Shown here piece after piece: positions 37,482 to 47,600 of a stretch of DNA of 64,000 nt. Position 1 is the first letter of the stretch; every line of letters starts with the position of its first letter. Source of the DNA: a virus; IMG/VR virus record IMGVR_UViG_3300048838_000628, positions 1 to 64,000 of that record; one strand, given 5' to 3'. The notes beneath the pieces were generated by a model, which was not told the DNA's origin, ran no database searches, and worked only from the letters and a program-made list of their open reading frames with translations. A program made the position numbers and the translations under genes.

Positions 37482-38660
37482 TTACTCCCAATCCCAAACC
37501 ATAGTCGTGCAAGTAATTGAGTTGTTTGTACTAGCGGCATTCCATACAACTCTTACGTCCATCGTGTTACTCGTAGTTGTATTTATTGTCGTATCACACT
37601 TTAAAGCTCTCTCTAACGATGTGATAGTACCAGCGTTTGTATATGACAGAATACCGGCTCCCTTAATGCTTCCAGATGCGCCAGTTGTACGTAGAATAAA
37701 TACGGCTTCAATATACCACGAGTTATCTGTTCCTGCGGCACTTGTAAGAGTTACGGGGGCAGAAACAAGTGTTGTTCCACCATAACGTATCTGTATTGTG
37801 ATTGTTCTATCAGTGTGCGTTGCAGTATAATAACCGCCAGCTTTTAATCTAAGAACTTGACTTTCTACTAGATAGTTGGCAACAAATGTCATGTTCGAGT
37901 AGTAAAAGCCGCTTGTATCAACAATGCTTGTTGCAGTTACAGTGTTAGTAACAGTCATATCATTAAGCGAATTGTACATCAAACCCTTTTGACGTATTGT
38001 GGTGTTTGTGTTTCTTGACCACATTGAGTTATTCTGAAAGAACAGATCGCCACCAGTAGTACCACTTGGAATACCGTCTGCGCGCTTAACAATGTTCAAG
38101 CCTTTTTGAGCATATATGGTCATCGCTGTTTCATAACCAGTATCGCCCGTTGGCGTTGTTGAGAACAACAAAGATGCGCCAGTAGTCGTGTTTGTCCAAG
38201 CTTCAGTTGTAGTTGCTCGTATTAATGCAGCAGAAGTAAGTGTAGAACTATCTGCTGTTCCTGAAAAGAAAATGTTCCCAAGATCATGATTAATACTTAC
38301 TCCACTAACAGTAATAAAATCAGCACCATGAAACTTCCTTAAATTAATATTAGGTGCCGTATTGGTAGTTGCAGCATAACTGTTTACAACAGAGTTATTA
38401 AAGAAAGCATTATTGGGTGTTGTAGAACCAATAACACTAGGCGCGCCCCAATTAACTCTAGCGTTATCTAAAACGCCTGTCTGTATATGGGCTGCGTCCA
38501 ATAGAATAAAACTAGGAACAGCAGCACTTGAGGCAACACCAAAGACTTTATAAGCATCTTGAGATGTAAAGTCAAATGTAGAACCGTTTACCGCGTCTTT
38601 CAAACTATAAAGCCATAAGCGAATGTTGCAAAGATCGCTAGGTGGATCACTAATTGGCAT
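37482..38660 (-). CDS. Tail fibre / receptor-binding protein 1
   Basis: Thr-rich and beta-rich; located after the tail tip genes. Confidence 0.7.
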   Translation of the reverse strand: MPISDPPSDLCNIRLWLYSLKDAVNGSTFDFTSQDAYKVFGVASSAAVPSFILLDAAHIQTGVLDNARVNWGAPSVIGSTTPNNAFFNNSVVNSYAATTNTAPNINLRKFHGADFITVSGVSINHDLGNIFFSGTADSSTLTSAALIRATTTEAWTNTTTGASLLFSTTPTGDTGYETAMTIYAQKGLNIVKRADGIPSGTTGGDLFFQNNSMWSRNTNTTIRQKGLMYNSLNDMTVTNTVTATSIVDTSGFYYSNMTFVANYLVESQVLRLKAGGYYTATHTDRTITIQIRYGGTTLVSAPVTLTSAAGTDNSWYIEAVFILRTTGASGSIKGAGILSYTNAGTITSLERALKCDTTINTTTSNTMDVRVVWNAASTNNSITCTTMVWDWE

Positions 38661-38668
38661 TTTGCCTC

Positions 38669-40474
38669 CTAAACTTCAAATACTACGATAGCGGTTAGAT
38701 CAAGCGTATCGCTTGTAGTCCAACTGCCGCCAGACGGTCTAACAGCTATTTCAAATGTTGCTCCAGCAGTTGTAGGAACAACTACAAAATTTGCAATGTA
38801 ACGACCGTTATTAACTGTTTTAATTCCGTTCTGCGTGTCAATAATAAAATCGTTCTCTTTATAGAACTGTTCAATATAACCAGAACTTGTAAGATTGTGT
38901 ACAACACTCTTACCATCAAGATCAAGAGCAAAATAAGCTACAACACTTGCACCTGTAGGAATTGGTCTAATATCACCAAGAAGCCAATCAGCAGTTTTGT
39001 TAACAGTAAACTTATACCAATCAAAACCGCCAGAATTATAATTATTTGCCGTACTTAACGGTATGTTGTAACTGTAATAACCGATGTTGTGCATCGGTGA
39101 AGTAACAAGGAAATATTCACCACTTTCCCGCAACTGCCTACCAAGAGAAATCAAAATCTTTTCTTGTGAAGCATCTCGTTTAAAATCGTTTGTCGATTGC
39201 AAAACATAACTTATATTTCGTTCTTCTTGAGAGATGCTCATAGTGTATGATTTAATATAATAAGTAGCGTTGTTTAAAGAGAACGCTTCTATTTTCTTTG
39301 TATTTGCTTGCCCGGTCATTGCATTGTATTTACTCATAAAATGAGAATAAGCTAGTTCGACTGTGTTCCCCGGCATAATATCTGTTGAAAATTCTGAACT
39401 ACTAATTTCAATTTCAGTATCGCCTTGAGATTCTTTTATCTCTGTGATACCTTTGCCGTACACTGTGTCACCGGCCTGTTGTCTTTCTGTAGCAGTTGGG
39501 TTTTCTAAAGTATCGGGTTGTATCTCTTTATAATAGAAAGTCAAGTATTTCTGGTCATAATCAAAATTAGTTACAGAGCTTTCGTAAGTAAAATTATTTG
39601 GAGCATCAATAATATAAGGCGAAATAATACTGCCATATGTACTCTTATCGCTTGCCATAACAATTTGTGGCGTGGTGGCTGGTGTACCTGTTTTATATTC
39701 CCAACCGTAGCCATAAAAGCCCGTTGCCCTTGGCTCATTTGGAATGCGAATATTAAACTCATCTATGTTCTTTTCGTTGTATTGTAGACCGGTTGATTCG
39801 TTAAATACTCCACACTCAATTGAGTGAACAACAGCAAATAATCCGCCACCATAGTGTACGAGTTTGTTACCTCCATATCTGAAATAAAACTTTGGCACGC
39901 TTTCAGATATTTTCTGCAACTGTGCTAAAATGCTTTTCTCATCTCGCAAATCAATTCTTGTTGCAGTTGATTTAGAAAATATACTATGAAACCTAGTTAT
40001 TTCCCAATAAGCATATTGATTATTTCCGGTTGTTGGGCCGGGGATAGAGATATTCTTTAATATTGAATAGAAGCCCGCTAATGCCGTTTTATTGTTAACA
40101 ATTGTGTTAGGAACGGCAGCGGTGTAATTGAGCAAATAAAGCATATCGTTACAATCAAAGGTTATTTGTCCATCAAGAATGTTGATATTTGTTTCGTATA
40201 ACATTCCAGTAACAATAATTTTGCCATCTTCTTCAACTTCAACATAATAGTTCTTATTTTTAACGATAGGAAAGTCGTTCATAAAGTTGAAGTTGTTTAC
40301 GTTTGTTGTTACTTTAAACGTAGTAAGCTCAACTATACTACGGCTAATCTCTACGCTATCTGCCAAAAATTCAAGAACCGGAGAAGCGTGTGATAAAATC
40401 TCAAAATTTATAGAGACATAACCACCACTACTTGAAAGTCGATTTACGCCTTCATAAATAGATGTTTTAATCAT
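38669..40474 (-). CDS. Tail tip / hub protein (Tal-like)
   Basis: Second gene after the tape measure; beta-rich; IMPG..V pattern. Confidence 0.6.
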   Translation of the reverse strand: MIKTSIYEGVNRLSSSGGYVSINFEILSHASPVLEFLADSVEISRSIVELTTFKVTTNVNNFNFMNDFPIVKNKNYYVEVEEDGKIIVTGMLYETNINILDGQITFDCNDMLYLLNYTAAVPNTIVNNKTALAGFYSILKNISIPGPTTGNNQYAYWEITRFHSIFSKSTATRIDLRDEKSILAQLQKISESVPKFYFRYGGNKLVHYGGGLFAVVHSIECGVFNESTGLQYNEKNIDEFNIRIPNEPRATGFYGYGWEYKTGTPATTPQIVMASDKSTYGSIISPYIIDAPNNFTYESSVTNFDYDQKYLTFYYKEIQPDTLENPTATERQQAGDTVYGKGITEIKESQGDTEIEISSSEFSTDIMPGNTVELAYSHFMSKYNAMTGQANTKKIEAFSLNNATYYIKSYTMSISQEERNISYVLQSTNDFKRDASQEKILISLGRQLRESGEYFLVTSPMHNIGYYSYNIPLSTANNYNSGGFDWYKFTVNKTADWLLGDIRPIPTGASVVAYFALDLDGKSVVHNLTSSGYIEQFYKENDFIIDTQNGIKTVNNGRYIANFVVVPTTAGATFEIAVRPSGGSWTTSDTLDLTAIVVFEV

Positions 40475-41676
40475 TAGTAAACCCTATGTAAGTGCAAAGC
40501 ACCAACTTCGTTAGTTGGCCATGCTAAAGTAAAGGATATGTCTACTTTATTTCTAATTCCTATTAGTTCTCCGGGGCATCTTGTTGAGAAATCCCATTTA
40601 GGGATAAATAATTCGTTAGTACGACTATCATAAACAGGATAGCCATCTTTAATCATAAAACTATGAGGATAGACATCGTTTTGCGAATATAGTACTATGT
40701 CCGTTGACAATCCTGTAGCTGCCAATCCAACGCTATTTGCTACACCATAAGACCTAAGGTTATCATCTAAATATTCTAGGTTTAAAGTGCTTGTAGTTGC
40801 TATAATATTAAATGGCGAATATTCTGAATTAACCGTGATAACCAAATCATGCCCTGTGCCAAATTCTATATGGCCAAAAGCGTGTAAGGTTCTTACAGAG
40901 CCAGAATGTGGCGAACTAACAGTATAGCTTCTCATAAGAGAGCTTGTGCTTAAGCTCTGTGCATACACAAATGAACTATCGTTCCAGTCATCCCAATAGG
41001 CCGTATCGTAAAGTAAAAAGCTATTAACAAAACGACGTTTAACCCAAACAAATTCAGGTTCATAATGAAATGGCGCTACTTGACAAGGATGATGTATTAG
41101 ATTAGTAACACCAACAACCTTCTCTTGAACGCCTAGGGTAATGTCTAACGGCGTCCCATTTTCTTCTAGTTCAAAAACATTTGGGATAACATCTCCATAA
41201 ATTGGGATATAAAGATACTTATTCAAAGGCTCCCAATATGGGTTTGCTTCTAATTCAAAAGATATTTCTAATGACGCTAAAGGATCAGAAACGCTTTCGT
41301 CTAGCGTATAAGTTCTTTCAACAGAGCTAATGCGCCCATAAGTATGATACCAACGAACGCATTCGCTCACTCCGCAACAAATACTGCAAGAAGAACCGAC
41401 CTCACAGCAAGCATTAGGCAGATACCCTATAATATCAATATAGGGCCTGCCACCGTTTCGCATTAAATCTACTAGCTGTCTAGACGCCGTGTTGCCCCTG
41501 TGTGCTGCTATTGTTCCAGAAACGCTATAGCTAGCAATCTCTGGTAGGGGATATAGAGAGTTATAAAATACAGTAGAACTGAACTCGTTCTGCAAACCCT
41601 CGTTCTTCCATTCCACAGGCGTGCTGTGTTCAGCAAATCCGCGTATTACAACATCACCTACCTGATAGATAAACAT
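40474..41676 (-). CDS. Distal tail protein (Dit-like) with Cys cluster
   Basis: First gene after the tape measure; FELEANPYW; CCEVGSSCSICCGVSEC. Confidence 0.6.
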   Translation of the reverse strand: MFIYQVGDVVIRGFAEHSTPVEWKNEGLQNEFSSTVFYNSLYPLPEIASYSVSGTIAAHRGNTASRQLVDLMRNGGRPYIDIIGYLPNACCEVGSSCSICCGVSECVRWYHTYGRISSVERTYTLDESVSDPLASLEISFELEANPYWEPLNKYLYIPIYGDVIPNVFELEENGTPLDITLGVQEKVVGVTNLIHHPCQVAPFHYEPEFVWVKRRFVNSFLLYDTAYWDDWNDSSFVYAQSLSTSSLMRSYTVSSPHSGSVRTLHAFGHIEFGTGHDLVITVNSEYSPFNIIATTSTLNLEYLDDNLRSYGVANSVGLAATGLSTDIVLYSQNDVYPHSFMIKDGYPVYDSRTNELFIPKWDFSTRCPGELIGIRNKVDISFTLAWPTNEVGALHLHRVY

Positions 41677-44600
41677 TAAACCCCCGATGCACCAGAAAGC
41701 TTCAAAGTTCTAAAAGTCTCTCTTGCTTTGCGCTTTTCCATCTTCTTTACAACAGCCTCGGCCACAGCTTCAGGACTACCAGCCCCATTTACCGTTATAT
41801 ACGTGTCACCTTCGTTGATATTCATACTACTCATACCAACACCGGCAGCAGCGTTTATCTCACGTGTACGGCCCGCAGGAGAGTAAATTTGACCATTCTC
41901 GTTGGAGATTAAATAGGTCTTGCCCTTGCTAGTCCGATACGTTTCAAACGGTAACCCGTTTTCGAGAACCTCATATTTACCACCAGCGCGAACACCACCA
42001 CCATAGAAACTTGTACCATCTGTTGGTTGAATGCCCTCGCCTGGTCCCAATCCTACATTAGAGTTCAAGAACGCAACCTTCATACGCGCTAATGACAGAA
42101 TTGCATCTTCGATCTTATCAATAAATAGGTCGAGTTCGCTACGAGCAACTATAAGGTTTAATTTAAGTATTGTTGTAGCAATAGTAAATGTAGAACTAAA
42201 GACTACAAGGTTTAGAATAATTTGCGATAGTGCAATCGTAACCTTGTTTGCCATTATAGCGGTCATGACTGAAATAGTTTCAAGTTCGCCAACAACTTTA
42301 TCGACAGATTTTTTAAGGTCGCTAACGTTGTCATCAATGCCTTTTTGTAGACCTTCAATGATATTTTCGCCAACGGTTTCATATACAGTTGAAGGAGATT
42401 TAATACCAAGAGCATTTTTAGTGCCTTCGTCTAGATATTGTCCAATCCCTTTACCGACATTTTGCAGTCTTGTTGTATTTTCACTTGTTATTAATCCAAG
42501 TTCTAAGCCTTCAAGAATACCATTTAAGTAATCATTGCTAAGAGCGCGAGTATATTGATTTTCGGGATCATAAAGCGAACTTATAAACCCCCTAGCAATA
42601 CTCTTTGCATCTTCATCACTAATAGCATCTTCTTGATTGTGTAATAATCCGTTAATTATGCTCGTATAAAGATCGGCTCCAGCTTGTGGCCCAAGCAGAT
42701 CATAAATCGGTCCCATGCTAGATTGTAGTTCTGCCACAACACCGTTTATTTCCGATTGTTCTAATGGGCGAAGATTGCCAGATGCTAAAATACTCAACAT
42801 ATTAAAGCCAGCAAATTCTTCTGTGGCCATTAACTGATTTACTAAAGCATCGCTTTCATTTAATGTAGCAAGATCATCAACAACTCTAGTCTGTAAATCA
42901 GCTTTTGTTGTTTCACTAAGCCCAGTATCTTGAGCAACAGCGCCTTTTATAAAGCTATCTATTAATCCAGTTACGCCCTCTATTGTCAAGAAGCCGCTTA
43001 TATTTTCTTGATCCAAACCAAGCTCCCCAAGAGCAACATTTCTTAGCAATGCTTCTTTTAGATTTGTTGGCATATTCTTTAAGAACGGCAAATTAGCAAG
43101 CTGTTCGGTTGTAAATTGCGTTTCTGGATCAATACCAAGCATTCTGAAAACGTTAAATGCATCATTAGCGCTATCGGCGTCACCAGAAGTAAGTAAAGTA
43201 TTGATTGCGGCATAGCGTAAGCGTTCTTTAGCTTCTGCACTTAAGGTATAATTTTCTGGATTGCTTAACGCGTCCCTGAACGATGTAGCAACCAGCTTAC
43301 CAAATGAATTAGTAAACCCAAACGTACTATCAAGCTCAAGAGTAGAAAATTTGAACTGCTCTCCAAAAGCCAATCCACCTATTAATTTATCTCGTTCTAA
43401 TTGAAATGGGCGCTCTTTATTGGGATCAAGCTCGTTAAATATTTGTAGGTCTAAAGCAGCAATCTTAATACGAGTAATAATGGTATCAATGATTGCAATA
43501 ATGCCTCGCAAAGAGTTTTCAGCTTGTATTCTAAATACGCTAGCTGGCCCAAGGCCAATAGCCTCCATGACATTAAATGTAGAATTTGCTATACTACCAA
43601 AGAACGCCTGTAGAGCATCCCATATGCCCTCTAGCGCCTTGTCAGCGTTCGCTTGAACCTTGTCTTTATCGCCCTCTATTAAACCTTCGATAACGCCAAA
43701 TGCACCCGATGTAGCGGTTAGTAGAGAGGGTAGGGCTTCGGCAATACCGCCAATAAGCAATTGCAAACCAGCAAATCTAGCAACTGTCATAACCATTGAC
43801 GCTACTTTTATTCTGTTCATAAATGCTATAAAAACAGCACCTATTTTTAGTAGCGAGTTAATATCGTCAGAAGTGAATTCTTCTGTCAAAACGTTAAATG
43901 TTTTACCAATATTTTCGATTAACGGTAGTATAAACGTCTTAAGTTCTAACAAAGCAACGCTACCAACAAGCAATGCTGCGCCAGCAACAATATCGTTTAT
44001 GAACTTCAATATACCAGACACAAACGTGGTTATGCTTGTAAAATCTATTCTGTTGATTTCATCAATTATGTCTTTAACGTCTTCTATTAAAGCGTTAAAA
44101 TAACTAACAAATGGATTACTGCCAGATTTTGCAGAACTTGGCATAATGCTGTCGTTTTCCATAATACCAACACCGGCTTTTAAACCGTTTGCGGCATTTT
44201 TATCCGGGTTCATTATTTCGCCAACAGCTGCTAGGGCAAGATTAATCTGTTCACCAATATAACCAACAGCTTTGACGATCTCATTGCCAATTTCTGTTTT
44301 TTCTAATTCTGTTCTAAGATTAAAAACATCGTTTTCAATAGCCATAGCCAACATGTTAGATACAAAAGCTATAGCGCCAAACGGAAAACCAAACACAAGA
44401 GCTAAACCAGCGGTTATGCCAGAGCGAACAAAATTATCGACATTAGTCTCTAAGAAGGTTTTTGCTTCGGTATAATCGCCATTTGCAATATCCGTAAGAA
44501 CTCTGCGTATATTAAGTATTGCAAGGTCTATACTTTCGCTCATATTTTCTGGTTTACCGATTTCTTTGATGCGTTTTTCTAGTTCTTCGTTAAACCCAAA

Positions 44601-47600
44601 AAGGCTTCTCGTTATTGTCTTTGTTGGCATTCCAAATTGGTTATCTGTTAAACCGCCAGATTGTGCGAAAGCGTATTCTTCTTCTGGAGTGCCAAGATTT
44701 ATTTCACGTTCACCAAAACCAAACTGATTAAGACCGCTACTAAGCAAAGTCTGTAAAGCGCCAACAGGAACAAGAAGTGCTGTTCTAAAAGCTTCTTTCC
44801 AGTCTTTGTTTTTAATGTCGTCAATTAGTTCACTAATACGTCTTGTAAAAGGATTTTCTGTTATTTCTATTCCAAGAGTCGTTAGAACCGATTTAAAGTT
44901 CTCTTTAAGGTTTCCAACAGCTATTGCTAGTTCATCAGAACCTTGCTTTGTTTCGCCACTAAATAGTAGACCAATAGCTTTCCTGGAATCAGCGAAGTCT
45001 TTGTTTAGCCCGCGCAAGTCGTTTCTTAAATCTGTTATTTGGTCAACTGTAAGATTCTTACCAAACACTTTAGCTGCACCAGCGAATCTTTTTGTCGTCT
45101 TTTCACTATCGGTCATTTGGTCTTCAAGGCGCTTCATTTCTTCATATTGATCTTGGAGCATATCGGAAACATCTTCGCCTTCAGAATTATATTTAGACCA
45201 AATCTTTATTGTATCACCGTAGTGATATACGCTATCTTTAGTAAGACCGTTCCACTCTCTTAGCTGGTCTACAGAAACACCATAACGCTGTGCAATTCCC
45301 CAAAGACTATCGCCTTGAGCAAGAACAAGTTCTTGATACATGCCAAGCGCAGGATCGTATAACGTCTTTAGTCTGTCAAGCTCTGGATTTGTTTTTCTTG
45401 GCCCGCTTTCACCAGCAGCGCCGCCAGTTGGCCCGCTACCAAAAGTATTATCTATTAACGCTTTTAGTTCATCAATTGGTGTTCTAATTAAACGGATAGA
45501 TTCAACAAAACCGCTTAAGAAAACATTTACTCTTTGTATGGCATTACCGATTGCATCTGCAAGAAACTTAACCAATGGAGCAAATATATTGCCAATTGTT
45601 ATTTTAAGATCATACATACGGTTCTTAAGTCTCTGAATAGAAGCGTCCGTAGTTTCATTACGGATACGTGCCTCATTCATAAGAGCATTATTTTCACGCC
45701 AACCATCGTTACCGACTTCAACGGCTTTATTAACCAACTCGTTAGCGTTACCAAGACGACGCAACATGTCAGAAACACGAATACCGTCTAAGCCAAGCTG
45801 ATCGAACAAAACAACCTGTTCCTCAAGAGGGTATTTAGAAAAGCCCTCAAGCATATCCAAAAGAAACTCCGCCGGTTTTTGTTTCTGCAACTCTTTTAAT
45901 TCAGCACCAGTCATTCCGGCAGCTTTAGCAAATAACTCAAGTTCTGTTCCACCTTTAGCTAAAGCGTTAATGCTTTTCTGCATAAACTGGCTAAAAGCTG
46001 TACCGGCTGCTTCAGGGTTAAGACCGACCGATTCCATAGCAGCAGAGAACGAAAGAATCTCCGGCACAGAAAGACCGAACGAGACACCGACACCGGCAAT
46101 GCGATTTGACATTTCAGCAATACCGCTTTCAGTAGCGGCAAACTGATTGCCAAGCGTAACCATTGTACTGGCAACTTTATCAAAATCTTTACTTCCAGTA
46201 ATGGCCGAAAACTGTCCAAGGAACGTAGCTGCTTCTTCGCCACCAAGATTAGTGGCAATTGTCATAGCACCGACGGTTTGAGTAAACTTTTCCATCAATT
46301 CAATAGGTATACCAAGCGTACCAGCAACTTCAGCGATCTCAAGAATAGTTTTTGAAGCATCTGATAGACCAGATAAAACACTATCATTGCCAGTCGCCAT
46401 ATCTCTAAATTGTTGTGTTAATGTGGCCTGTACTTCTTTTTTAGTTTCTTCTGGTATTTCAATTGTTTTGAAAACCTGCGCTAAACCTTTTTCAAATTCA
46501 ATTGCCGTTCCAGCAAAAACAGAGCCTAGTCCACCAACAAACATTCTAAGATCATTTATTGCAAAACGTAAGCGATTGCTTATTTGTTTAAATATACCGC
46601 CTATTGCATCACCGGCTTTTCTAAAAGGGAAAGTTATAATATTGGCGATATTAGAGAAAATTGATTTAGTAGTGTTTACAACACCTTTAAATGCGTTTAT
46701 AACTGTTTTTGCTAAAAACTCTACAACAGCCTTGATTTTACTAAAACCAGATTTCAAGCCTTCAACAATATTTTCACCAAAGCGCTTAAAAACGGCACTA
46801 GGGGAGCGAATTCCCCATGAGAATTTGGCACCACGATTTACTTCGTTACCAAAATCTTTACCAAGGTTAAAGCCTGCACGTTTATCAAATCCGCCAGCTT
46901 TCATGCCTTTGGATAATTGCTTAACAGAATTAGCAAAACCTTTAAAGTTTATATCTTTCATATTAACGCCAGATAACTTTTCTAGCGTTTTTGCAATAGC
47001 AAGGATTGATTCAGAGAAAGAGCGAAATTTATCTACTGTATTTTTATTAACGCTGCCAATATCTTTCATAATAGCTTTAAAGCCACCAAAAGGTAGTAAG
47101 GGTATGCCATTAAGCATTCTGCGTATAGTTCCAAGACTTTTTATAACAGTTTCTACGCTAACGCCTTCATCAATACGAGCAAGAACGCGAAATACCTTGC
47201 CTATATTTACGACAGCTTCAGCAAAACTTGAAAACTTTTTAATGTCATCTGATTTAAAACCAGATATACTCTTAACAATGCCCTTGAAGCCGCCAATGTT
47301 GAACAAACCTGTAGCACTAAGCATTCTGCGTATTTTGTTTAAGTTTTCAACAATATTTTCTGTGCTTAAATCTCTTGAGTCCACAGAAAGCGATCTAAAG
47401 GCTTTGATAATACCAAGCATACCCTCTGTAAATCCACGTACCTTTTCTACTTGCTGAATAGATACGCCACCTTCGTTTTTCTTAAATATATTAAAACTAA
47501 AGCTTTTAAAGCCGTCTAGTTTTTTAAACAGTTTCGACATACTTTCAAGCATATAAAGCGATTCAACCAAAAAAGAGTTTAACTGTTTAGAAGCATTTTG

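Noticed and set aside
35676-38660. Diversity-generating retroelement or invertible fibre cassette
   Set aside because: No reverse transcriptase or invertase; the repeats are in-frame protein repeats without adenine-specific differences.
42031-47457. Long + strand ORFs opposite the tape measure (for example 46387..47457)
   Set aside because: Antisense shadows of a codon-biased gene, with no RBS or motifs. The same applies to most nested ORFs in the track.
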